DNA from: Podarcis cretensis
Taxonomy: Eukaryota
Length of the DNA stretch: 64,000 bases
Assembly: GCA_951804945.1 (NCBI GenBank)
Contig: OX638160.1
Location: 27,280,001-27,344,000 of the forward strand
Reading direction: 5' to 3'
Part shown: positions 1-12,130 of the stretch, in pieces
Layout: each line of letters starts with the position of its first letter
Numbering within the stretch: the stretch's first letter is position 1
Position numbers and translations under genes: made by a program
Notes under the pieces: model-generated
The model's input: only the letters and a program-made list of their open reading frames with translations
The model's database searches: none
Told to the model about the DNA's origin: nothing

Positions 1-117
1 TTGTATTATCCTTGAATGAAGGCAATATTGCAAACAGTGAGACAAAAAAAAGGCTTGAAATGCAAGAAGTGTATGTATGTAGAGATACCTGTAAGCAAAG
101 ACTGTACTTCTTGCATA

Positions 118-585
118 TCATAAAATCATAGAATTTTAGGGTTGGAAGGGACCCCAAAGTCCATCTAGTCCAACCCCCTGCAATGCTTGAATCTCAACTA
201 AAGCATCCATTATAAGTGACCATTCAGTCTCTGCTTAAAAACCTCCAATAAAGGAAAGTCACCACCTTCCAAGGGAGGTCATTCCACAGTTCTTAGTGTC
301 AGAAAGTTATTCCTGATGCTTAGTCAGAATCTCCTTTCTTGAATCCATTGGGTTTGGATTCTACCCTCCGGAGCTTGCTCTATCTTTCCCATGTGACAGC
401 CATTTAAATATTTGAAGATTGCTATCATATGCTTGGTTTCCAGACCCTTTATCACCTTGGCCACCCTCTCTGCCTATGTTCCAGCTTGTTAATATCCTTC
501 TTAAATTGAACTGGACACAGTACTCTAGTTGTGGTCTGACCAAGGCAGAATAGAGCAGGGCTATTACTTCCCTTGAACTGGACAC
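118..585 (-). mobile_element. CR1 LINE, 5'-truncated 3' fragment
   Basis: Minus ORF 361-585 reads SSSREVIALLYSALVRPQLEYCVQF, the CR1 ORF2 C-terminal motif (SREVIxPLYSALVRPHLEYCVQFW). The element ends in TCATAAAATCATAGAAT, the reverse complement of the CR1 ATTCTATG-type tail. Confidence 0.9.
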
Positions 586-1311
586 AAAGCACTCCCTCTC
601 TCCATAAACTATACTGTAACTAAGATTTTAAAACTTGTTTGTTTGGTACTAGCATTAAACACATTATTAAGCTGTTATCTAGTATTTATGTGGATTTAAT
701 AAACATTTATATTTATGTAATAATGCTTAATACATAAGTCAGCGTAATAACAAATACAACATACATTTGGGGAGATGTTAAACATCTGTGTTTGTTTCCA
801 GCAGCTAGTAAGTACATTTAATATAGATTAGTTTTTTTGCAGAGAGTAGTTAAAAAATATGGCTACAAACTGGTTGCTCCATTACATGGATAAAATATAT
901 CGATTCAGTAGGGATCTTGTGTCAGGAAATAGGCTTCATAAATCTAATGAGAATGTCAATAAAAACCCAAATAATGTTTGATCTGTGTTGCCTGAATTTT
1001 CAGAGGGGGTTCTACAAAATTGTTTTCTATATACCCCAGCAATAAAGAGAATGCCCTCTTGTAAATCAGCACATGCCTTTAAAGCTAGTATTCAGAAGAC
1101 AGATACAAAATAGTTGGTTCTCAAGGGGGATGGGATGGCATGCCAAAATGACCCAACTTGAAACATCTGTTTTAATGGTTTGGAGAAAGCTTGTGCATGA
1201 AGTTATATTAAATGTTTGAAAAAGTAGTTAGACTCTAGCATCTATGGTTTGAATAATCCTTAAAAACTGTTGAGGTTTTCTTCATTATTATTTTTTGTGC
1301 AGGGCTAGAAA

Positions 1312-1385
1312 CCTAGACATATTTACCTGGAATAAGTTCCATAGAATTCAGTGGGACTACCTTCTGAGTAGGCATGTATTGGATG
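1312..1385. mobile_element. Short palindromic non-autonomous element; relatives at ~44620-44700 and ~45158-45225
   Basis: Imperfect hairpin (tttacctggaataagttcca...tgggactaccttctgagtag) whose pattern recurs at the other two loci. Confidence 0.55.
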
Positions 1386-3039
1386 GTGGTGTTAATCACT
1401 GTTTAGAAATTATCCCTTGCTAGATGAGATGAACTTTCCCCTCATCCCTAAGCACATTTTTACTGTGAGAAGCATGTCAGAATATGGGGGGACTAAATAT
1501 ACTTCTTTTGTTGCTGAGCTTGTCAAGCACACCACTGTGTTCTCTTTCCCACCAGGAAGGTCAAACCGCTGGGGGCCATTCTATTTTCTGACATGATCCC
1601 TACTGTCTGTCCATGCTGTCTGACAGATTGAAACAGTTGTCTGTGTCACTGTGCTTTCAATGCTTTCTAAATGCTTCATTTTCTATGAAAGAAGTAAAAT
1701 ATGTAAGCGACAAGAGGAGAAAATGGCAGAGGAGCCACAGCCTCTCCTATATTTTCCCATTTTTGTACTTAACCAGTCAAAACCTTACTTTTTCAGTGTC
1801 CAAGATGATGATAAATAGTTCACGTGCATTAGGTTGAGTCTTTTGAAAGATATGGTAATAAAACGATTAAATATGCAGTGTTTCAATAGTTAAAGTGAAA
1901 TAGGGGGCTTCTTTTGTTCACTTACATTTCAGTTTTATATATTTTGATTTGAGGTATGTATAAAGCCTGAAGAAATTAGTGCTGTGCTGAGCCTTGAATA
2001 CTCTCTAGATAATTGAACTAATTAAATCTTTACCAACATTAACACAACTCCAGCATTCCTCGGACAGTGGTTAATTATTGCAGGAACATGGCAAGCTTCA
2101 GCTAAACAGATGAAAATAGAGTCCTGTGGAATGGTTATTGAGTTTATTCTTTATTCATCTTTTGATAAGGTTTAATTAAAACTGCCTCTCTCCATTGTGG
2201 TAAGAATGAATGTGCTTGTTTTCTTAGTGAAAGCCGAATTATTCCCTTCAACCATGGTTCAGCAATCAAAGCTGCTTCAAAGTTTTGGGTTATACTGTAG
2301 CTGTGGAGATATAATTGCTGAAACTCTCTATGAAGGCTTTATTCTTTCTTGTGTTTCTTTATTTTTATTTTTATTTAATTTACTTTCAAGAATTACAACA
2401 TCCTTTTCCAGCTGCAGTTAAATTTTCCAAATGTTGATTATGTATACATGGTGAAAGCTCAGAAAGGAGTAATTAAAAAACAAACATACAAAATATTTAT
2501 TTAAGCTTTCCCCTGACAAAATAGTAAGAGGTCATTATTTTAAAATTGTAGTTGCAACTGGTATTTTTTTTAACTTGGCATCATTTAAGCAAAAATCCTA
2601 CACTTGTTCAGAAGCTAGACTTTAAGATGAAAAAAAATAATGACTGTTTTTAGTGGCAATGAAGGACAGGAATAGTGACTCTTTACATAGGCATACCAGG
2701 CAATGATTCATTTTAAAGCAAACGTGCTAAAAGTATTGATGCCTTGCCAGTTTATAAGAAAAGCAAAACTCACTACCTCTCCAGATATGCAGTTCCATTT
2801 GCTACCCACAGATACACAACTTCATTTTTGAAAACTTATTTTATTGTGTGTTTTTTTGAAAAACAGTACAATAAAGCTATTATTAAGAAACTTACTATTC
2901 ATGTCCTATTATGTCAAGATGAGGTTTGATACCATGGGGGGGAGGAACCATATTTCTACCTTAAAAGTCAGCAACAGAATGTGTAGATGTGCCCAACACC
3001 TGTAAGTGTGCAAGTAGTTGGTTATATGAACAGTTTGTG

Positions 3040-4130
3040 AATCACTGTCCATGCTAGGCTGTGGGAATCAGGCTAGAGTGAGTTAGGAGCCCAGACCTGA
3101 GAGTTAGGGCTGAAGAACAATTTGAAAAGATGGCAAACCAGAAGGCAGAACTGGTAGAATATGACAGGAGTTGGCATCAAGAAGCAGTCTGGATTGGGAG
3201 GCAAACCAAAAGGCAGGGCCAGTGGACAAGCCCAGAGTCATAAAGAACAAGGCAAGAAACAGAAGTCACACTAGAGCTTAGATAGGACTTGTTGCTTGAC
3301 TAAATCACCACTGAGTCAGGAAATCCTCTTATATTCTGTCTTGCCCATTAGTAGCCAATGACCAGCCTGGGAAAGATCAGTCTGGAAAATTTGTCCCTGA
3401 GACGCTAGAGTGACACTGCTTTTCAGGAGCAGTTCCTGACAATCATACAGGTATCCATTCCTTTGTGTGCTAACACTTCACCGGATCCTCCAAGCTGGAA
3501 GGCAAGAAGATGGGAAGTAATGCTTCTTCCTGACCCAATACTACCCTTCATGCCAGTGAGCATTCTGATAACCTGGTGTAGTGAATGCATCACCTATGAT
3601 GGTTCTTGCCCATTGGAAGTAGTTCTTCAGTATTCTGGCCCACACAAGCTCAAATGACAGGACTATAGCATTATGTAAACTTCTAGGCACAGGATATTGG
3701 AGCTGTAATTTTGGTGCAGCAAATCTATATTCCTCTAGTGACTGACTGACTGACTATTCCTCTAGGCCTCCAAGCAGTGTGTAATGGCATTTGATTGCAG
3801 CCTTGGTCTAGTGAGGAAAATTTAAATATCTGCTTCTAAACGTGTCAGGCAGCCTGATTGGAAGGTTGTCCCATCTCCAAGTCTTGTTTGTGATGTCTGA
3901 GCTTCAACGACCTATCAAGGTATGTGTGGTGTTACTGGTCCTGTGTAACCTTTTTAAGGTACACATAGGTTTTCCTAAAGGGGAAGATCATGTCTCTGAC
4001 AGACTTGCATCAGGAGAAGGATGCGAGAGGGAGATAGGTTGAACACCCTCATGCTGTAGTTCTGATCTGGATCGGAGCCCTCACAACTTTCCTATAGTGC
4101 TATATTAGTTGATCATGAGCAGGTATCATG
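3040..4130 (-). mobile_element. Heavily decayed LTR retrotransposon (Gypsy-like) remnant
   Basis: Purine-rich LTR-like block at 3060-3330, followed by sequence whose minus-strand translation only faintly resembles integrase motifs. Boundaries are approximate. Confidence 0.3.
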
Positions 4131-4531
4131 AGCAGCTTGTTACATTTCTATATTATGTGAAGCAAAATCACTGGAAAGAGAAAAGCCAAGTACAGTAAAT
4201 AGAAATGTTCAGCTGGGATAGAGGGGTTGATACTCTAATCAGTATTAGATACCCAGAGGCTTTTTTCTAATGTAATTTTCTATTTTTGTAAAGATTGTTT
4301 TTCCCCCTGGATACCAAAAAAGACAAGCCCTTTGCTGTAATTATATTGAACACTTAAACAGGGAGAAAAGAGCAGATGTAGCATTTTTTCTTGGTAAGTT
4401 CTCAGTAACCTTGCATCTTAAAGAAACCCTATTTTCTTATATGGGGGCGGGGAGGCTCTGTAGATGTATAGCTATCATAAAGAAGAAATATCCTTCCACC
4501 AGTTTTTATCCTTCTAATAGTACTGACACTA

Positions 4532-4750
4532 GCTCAGTTTGCGCATAATGCTAAGCCAGACCTTGACTTAGTGTAAGCATGTGGGTTCTGGAGAGGAAAC
4601 CACAACTGCTTTGCTTCTTGTCTGGTCCTGCTGCTGCTGTGCTGCAGTGAGCTAAACCACAGTTTGGCTTGGCCCTGTCATCTGAAACAAGTTTGGCAAA
4701 CCATGAACTGTAAGCCATGGTTTGGCTTAGCATTGCATGCGAACAGGGTC
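4532..4750. mobile_element. MITE with terminal inverted repeats; relative at ~54570-54920
   Basis: Left end cagtttgcgcataatgctaagcca pairs with right end tggcttagcattgcatgcgaacag. Internal aaaccatg/catggttt inverted motifs recur at 54570-54920. Confidence 0.65.
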
Positions 4751-6546
4751 ACTGGTTTCATTTGTAGTTTGTGTTGATTAATACCTGCTTGACTGATACT
4801 ATGCCATCCTTAAGCAAAAACACTGCTGGATTGAAATTAAGAGGGAGAACTGCTGAACCATACAAGTATGTAGCTAATTCAATCAGAGAAGCATGAGAGA
4901 GGGCGAGAATGGCTAATTGTGTAGGACAGCTTTGTCATTATTTTTGCTCTGAAATGGTGGGAAGCAGCCTGGGTTTCTGATGCCATCTCTCTGGATTTGG
5001 CAACATTTGGCTTTAACCCAAAAGAGAAAATGGAGTGTATACGTTTCCAGCAGGGTCCTGTTGCTCTTGCACAGAATGGTTAACAGTGACATTAGTAGAC
5101 AGAATGACCATTCCCCTAGTCTTCCTTTAAGCAGATCCTTTTAAATGTATTATTGGGTGGATGGCCCATTACTTTGGGGTGCTAACTACCTTCCCCCCCC
5201 TCTATGTTATATATACACTACATTGTTTTCACTGGAATTTCATTCCATCCCATTCTTTATTTTGTACTTATGTCCAGAATTAATTGTGTTGACCTTACCT
5301 AAAAGTGGCATGGCAGTTACAGCCCGGCATATCCATGCCGCCATCACCTAGCCTCTCCTTGCCAGGCTCCAACAGCCAACAGAAGACATAACAACGTCTC
5401 CCATTGGCTTTGGGAATTCACATTGGCCTGTCTGCAAAATTGGCCAATTATAGGCAGGTGTGGAAGCAGGGATTCAGAAGGGTGGAGCTGATAGGGACTT
5501 CTAAAGTCCTCACTGAAGGAGTCTTCACTGAGGTCCCCTCACCTGGCTTAAAGCAGACCCACCTCCTCGCCCTGCACCGCAGTTGCCTTTTCGATCTCCC
5601 TCCATTCCTTAACTCATGGTTGCATCATTTCATTTGTGTGTGATATCTTGTTTGACTTTGCTATGGGTTGCTTCGGTATCAGTATTCAGTATATCACCCT
5701 CTGTTGGAAACAGCATAATACCAGGTAGATGTTTTCTAAAACTGAACCATATATATGTTTGTGTAGTGATTTTTAAATACTAAAAAGGGTCCAAGCAAGT
5801 AAATTTATAGTATATTTCAACATTGAATCCCCCCATCAAATTTACTTCAGAATTCAAGCTTATTAGGGCCCTAAGAAATATTGTTGCATGGTTGCTACAA
5901 AAAGAATGTGAAATTGGGACATGGAGCATGTGGTGTTCTTGATCATGTTAGGGCCTGTCTGCTTCATTTGCAAGCACAGCAGTTTAAAATATGTCTGTCG
6001 TAAAGCTCAGTTCTTCTCTGAAATGTAGCCTTGCATGCATCTAAGGGTTCTCCCTGCCCCCCATGCAGTCCTTGCATGAATGTAGGTTAAGTCTGACCAC
6101 CTATGCTGGATGTATATTACTATGAACATGGTTGCTATAGGCACTTGCTCCTTGAAACTCGGGACAGGCTGCATATTTCTCATGCAAGTAGCCAATAGCT
6201 ATGAATAAAATTAATCTATCCCACTTCACGACATATTTTTTCTTTTGAACTCCCAAACCTGGAATGCTCTGCTGCACACCGAGCAATAGACTATGCCTTT
6301 CAGATATTGTCTGTGAATTATCCCACCTCAAACTTTAGTGTTACTTCTCTGCAGAATTTGAATGTTGATGCATGTTTATAGAGGTGTTTGTGTTAAGAAG
6401 CAAGAACCTCAAGGTCTAGGGCTGAGTCTTGCTCTGTGAGCTGCCTGTGTCTGTTTCTCCTGCACAGCCTTGTACATACACAGAAAGGAATGAGATTTGT
6501 AACATTAGTCCCTGCAATTGACAGGCAGCATGGATCACCTGGACTG

Positions 6547-6672
6547 CCCAGAGCTGATATAAATACAGGTAAGGGATTTCTGCCCTTACCTGTTTAACAG
6601 ACCAGTGCCCTCTGCCTGCTGTACTTCAGACTCATGCAAAAATCCCTTGCGCCTGCATCAAACCTTGGGACC
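6547..6672. mobile_element. Small palindromic MITE-like element
   Basis: caggtaagggatttctgc pairs with gcaaaaatcccttgcgcctg. There is also a perfect 11-bp hairpin at 6565-6593. Confidence 0.45.
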
Positions 6673-8949
6673 CTAGAGCTGGAGAACATAACTATCAATA
6701 GGTTTGCATTCGGGTGTGACTTCCCATGATCCTGGAATGGCCCGATTCTTTGGATTTTTAAAAACATATATTAATTTACAAAAGCACTGTTAGCTTGCCC
6801 TTTCTGACAAGCTACCGTAGTTGCCTTCTCTTCAGTTGGTGTTTCAGCTACTAATACAAAAAGCCATCCACTGGGGGCTACCAATTGCATCTAGAGCGTT
6901 GAGGGAGACGAGCGATGTTATCCCATTTTTTTCCTGCCCATATCCTCTCTTGCCACTCTTTGCAGCGGATATTGATCAATTTTACTTCTAAAACACCCTT
7001 CATCAGTAGAGATCCCAAAGTAGTCACAAGCTTAAAAAAACAAAACAGTAAAATAGTGTTTCAAACAGCAGCAATTCACAATAAGCCTGAGATCTTAGTA
7101 AATTTTAGTCCAGTAGTGGCCATCCATCTTTACTGGGGAAGGAAGATGGCATCAGAGGCAACCTTCAGTGGGAAATCAGTGCAGAGTTGGGCGGGGAGGT
7201 AACTAATTGCAAGCATGTGCTTAAAAGAACATGTTTAATATAACATGTAGTTTGACCTTCTGAAGTTTACCCAGTAATACATGTTTTTCATAATAACATA
7301 TTCAGATTTTAGGATGCTGAATACACTAGTAACTCATATGTAATTCTTCTCGACTGATTGTACAAGAATTAGAATGCTTCAAATACAGTGTTGAACAATA
7401 AGCCCTTTTACATCTTTAACCGCTTTCAAATGTATTTTTAATCCATTAACAAACTTCCTAATACAGCATTAAATCTACATCTTCAAATAGATTTCCCTGC
7501 CTTTCACAATCTTTTGTATTCATTTTATTCCGTACCTTCCATTTTTGGTTCCTTTCCTTGACCTTAGCATACAAATGTGTAATGGGAGAAAAAAATGATT
7601 GACTCGCAGAACAGGGGTCTGCAGTGTAGTGATTTCATGCTCAGTTGTTGGCTAACAAGCTGCCATAGTTTCATTTAGTGAAGCCCAGTTGCAAAAGATG
7701 AAGGATTGTGTAAGGCCCAGCTGCCAAGGTTACAGAACAGACTGCTTAAAGGACTTCAAGGTTCCAAGTGTGAGGGGAATTGTCTCTGCCCAGCAGGTAT
7801 GGAATAGATTTAGACAGAGTCTGTTGTGCACAAGATGCTGACTGGCCTAAGCAATTCATAAATCCCCACCAAAATTACAACATTCTTCCTCCCATTTCGC
7901 TGTGTACATACTTAACCCTTGCACAGCTGTTCTGGAATAGCTTGTCTTTCAAAATAGGCATGAAATATAAAAAAGCTGTTTCTACATACTTTGTGGTAAT
8001 AGGTTGAGGTAATGATCCATGATAGAACCTGGCGTAACCAAATGCATGCATGTACTCCTCTACTGATATAGCTTTATAATTGAAAAGAAAAAGGCAGTCC
8101 TTTTAATTACCCAAATAGCTTGATAGTCAAGGGCCTCTCAAACTTTCTAAGCACCAGGCTTGCTTGACAGGGCTAAACATTTCTGAGGCCCATGAATCAT
8201 AATATGGTGGTGGAGGGGTAGAGCCAGTAATATATATAGGAGGAAATTGGCGTAATCAGTTGCTAATTACTGATATCCTTTTATATTGACAGTTAATAAT
8301 TCTTGAGAAATTGTTAGATTCATTGCTAAATTTCATTGTGGCAGGGAATTCCATAGTTCAGCTTTTCTCAGGCTGAATACAGACATGCTCTCTGGAGGTA
8401 TTGTGACTCAGCCTTCCCATTTTAGGCAAAATTTGCTGATTCGGAACATATCTCTCAGCCTCAGACCTGCTACCAGGTTTCAAATTTCCAGTGTTTCCAG
8501 CCTTTCTTTGTATTCTTTAGTCTTATTTCCTCTACCACCACCTCTTTAAAAGCACATGGTGTTTTCAGCTGAAAAATCCGTATCTGGGAAGATTTCAGTT
8601 AGTTATCTGCTTTTGTCATTTAAATCCAAGAGAAATATTGTTTATTTGCAATGTTTGAAAGGATTTCACAAACTTAAATCATCCATCCTTCCAATTCCTG
8701 AATTATATACTGTAATATAACTGGATGATGCAACTGGCATCTACTATTAAATTAAACATAGAGGATAGTTGAAGTAATAGGCTATTTCTATCTGTGTCAA
8801 AAAAGGTGTCATAGTGGTTAATTAAGTTGTTTTGCAGTTTTTAGTTCCAAGGTTTCTCTATGCATTTCATTAGCACTTATTATTCAAACACTTCATATAC
8901 AGATCTGTCTTTAAGTAATATAGACTAAATTGTACAGTCTTTTCATATA

Positions 8950-9364
8950 CCGTATTGGCCTGAATACAGTGGTACCTCGGGTTAAGAACTTAATTTGGTC
9001 CGTTCTTAACCTGAGGTACCACTTTAGCTAATGGGGCCTCCTGCCACCGCCGCACAATTTCTGTTTTCATCCTGAAGCAAAGTTCTTAACCCAAGGTACT
9101 ATTTCTGGGTTAGCGGAGTCTGTAACCTGAAGTGTCTGTAACCCGAGGTACCACTGTATAGGCCTCATTTTTTCCCCAAATTCCGAACGTAAAAAGCGAC
9201 CTTACAAAAATTGGCTTTTACGATATCTCTGCTGAAACAGACATAAACGGAACAGGTGTGAGTGCCTGCGGAATTTTTAGAGAGTGGCTTATATTCAGGT
9301 ATTGTCTTTTTTTCTTTCCCCCTCTTGAATTCTAAAGATGTGGCTTATATTTGGGCCAATACGG
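8950..9364. mobile_element. Tc1/mariner Tc2-like MITE (CCGTA TIR, TA TSD), interrupted by a second MITE
   Basis: TA-CCGTATTGGCCTGAATA ... TATTTGGGCCAATACGG-TA. CCGTA termini are typical of Tc2/Kanga-type elements. Confidence 0.8.
8967..9156 (+). mobile_element. Tigger/pogo-type MITE, copy 1 (internally deleted)
   Basis: TA-CAGTGGTACCTCGGGTTA ... TAACCCGAGGTACCACTG-TA. Aligns by eye with the copies at 20264 and 34819. Strand is relative orientation only. Confidence 0.9.
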
Positions 9365-11811
9365 TAATCTTTCTCCTGCTGTGCATTAAATTCATCATAG
9401 CTGATACATTTTCCTTAATTTTGTGGAACTAGGTAACATTTTTGCTTTTATTCTGTTGTTGCCTTATAATTCCTATTCATAAGGAATTCCTGTTGTCTTC
9501 TCACTTCCCACTTCAAAATTTACTTTAGAATCATATCACTGCATTTACTAAAAAGGAAGACAGCAATATGAGGTAATAGTAATCAATGCATTCTTTCCCA
9601 CAAAAATGCACTCCTTAAGGAATTATATGGTGCTTTTTATTTACTTCTTAAATTTTTCTTTCATGCTTTACATTTGTATAAGTTTACTGCATCCTAGATA
9701 CTTGAGAAGTCAGCCTGCTGCTCTGTTCCTTTACTGATTGCCCCGCCCCTTTTATAAGCTGCTGTGGCAACATTTCTTATCAAAGGACCTTGATGCTTGA
9801 ATGTATGAAATCCCAGCTGTAGAGTTACACTGAAGTAACTTCCACTTGACCAAATTCATCCTATATTTAACTCTATGGGTACAAACCTTTCTACAGGGCA
9901 TAAGTTGATTCAAGACCACAATGAGAGATAGCTGCTGATCACATTCTTCCAAATCTCAAATTTCAATCAATACTTAGAAATATTTAAAATGGGATAGTTC
10001 CTTCTCCTGGTCGTTAGATGAACAATTTGCAAATGACCCCCAGGGAAGTGATGTTCCACAATTTCCATATCATCCCTGTAGCAGAAGGCAAAACGTTGAG
10101 AGAACTGCTAAGCAAGCCCTGTGACATTAGAAGAAAACCCCAACAAAACACTCAGGCAACTTCTGTCCCCCAGCCAGGTTCCTCTGTCTTAAAATAAGAG
10201 GGCACTGAGTTACCTAACTTAGGAAGACTGTTCTCCTATTAGTTTTACCTCAGAAATACATTCCCCTAGCATAAGGTATGTACCTCAATTCTGATGATAA
10301 AACTTTGTTCTGTACTCTAAAAAAGTAGTGAGCTAATTCCATTTTCAATGGGAGTTGACTTACAAGTGAGAAATGTGTTTGAAACCAAGGTATGAACTGG
10401 AAGTTCTAGAAAGCACCTTTCCTTACTGCCCGTATGCAAGTTGTCACTTGTCTGTATGCAAGAGGATCCTATAATCAAGGCTGTTCTTTCCTGATAGTAT
10501 TAAAAACCGGAAAACTCAAATTTCTCTTTGCCTACCCCTGAACTAAAGCATTGAAAACTTAAACTATGCTTATTATAGCATATATTTATCAATAGATTGC
10601 AAAGCAAATCTGCACTGAGAGTATAATGTGAATTGTTTTGAGATCATAATTATCGCAGGCCCCAGCATTTCTCTCTAACTTATCACACTGTTTTATCTCA
10701 AGTAATTCAGATCCTTGGAGACTCCTTTTTGCAAAGCTTTGGAGACGACTTTAGTGGGGTTAGATTGGTGAAAATGGACAGGTTTCAAAACTAAACTACA
10801 TACCTCTGCTGTTACAGTTTTCTGTAATCCTTTTGGACACTAGCAGCTATAAAGCATGGGCCATGGGTGTTTCATTCTTTAGAAAGCCACGTGTCTCCCA
10901 ATTCAGTCACTAAATTAAACTTTTCTGCTGACTTGTGTTTATTTAAACAGCTTTGATTAAGTAATTATACTAGTTTGGCTGTCATGGTTTCATTGGTCTC
11001 CTATAGCCCCTGGAGAGGGGAGGCAGAAAAAGACTATTTATGGTCAGCTGGTGGTCTTGTCCAGAGCTGCTTGTACCTGCCTAACGTCAAGTACTATATT
11101 TATTAATTGAACTCTAACCTTTTCTTACCCTGAACTTTCATTATGAGCCCTTTCTTGATATTTCTGAATGTTTTTTGCCTGTTTGCTTTAAAATATTTGT
11201 TTGTTTAAATATTTGTTATTCTCTTTACCCAAGTATTCAAAGGTGGCTTGAAGCTGCAGATTTAGAAAATGTCAGCAAACAATAAAATATATAATAGAAA
11301 GCATTAAAATAAAGGCAACAAACAAAAAACAGAATGGCAGGAATTAAAACAGAACTATAATATCCACTAAGTATGTCTGATAAACACATAATTGACCCAT
11401 AAATCCTTCAGTTTTACACATATGAAGGTTCTGTAAACCAAAACTGATTCTGAGATATTGCTACTGCACTATCTCAATGCACAATATGTCAAATCTTTTG
11501 GATTTAAGCTGGTCTGGTCAGTACTTCTATATGGGTGATCATGTGGGAACCCTATGTATGCTGTCTTTGAGTTTTGTTGTAGAAGGAAGGTGTGGTATTA
11601 ATTAAATACGAATGCATTGCTTTGTGTAGATTTTCAAAAACATTATTAAATATGACTTAAGAAGATAAATGCCAAATCTCTTCCATTTGTCTTCATTACT
11701 TTTGCAGGTTGAATACAAACCTGCAAATAGAAGGAATCTTTGGATACAAAATCTGTATATAGATGGCATCTCCCACTTAACAGCAAATCTGTTTAACGTT
11801 TTCCCGTAGAT

Positions 11812-12130
11812 CATGGGTGGATAACAGTTTTCAGCATGGGGCTGTACTCCTTTTTGGCCAAACTTTCAAGGACCACATGCCAGCTTTGTGTGAGGTCAGA
11901 GGTCAAAGTGAACCAGCCAATTAATATAATTTTTGCTTTTGTACAGTAGGCAAGCTTTCACACACACTAACAAACCCCTCTGTAGCCTCCATCCGGATGA
12001 GCAAGAGGCATTATCAGAATTCAAGGCAAAGATACTCAGGGATGGGATGTAGCCTAGGGAGAATTCCAAGAGTCATATAGAGAGACCTGGAGGGCTGCAT
12101 CTGGTCCCCAGGTTTGATGCCCCCCCCTTC
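11812..12130. mobile_element. Old hAT-type non-autonomous element; relative at 24528-24779
   Basis: Degenerate CAGGGGTGG-like termini with TAGA-like flanks. The internal sequence (ggccaaaactttcaaggaccacatgccag) resembles the 24528 copy. Confidence 0.55.
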
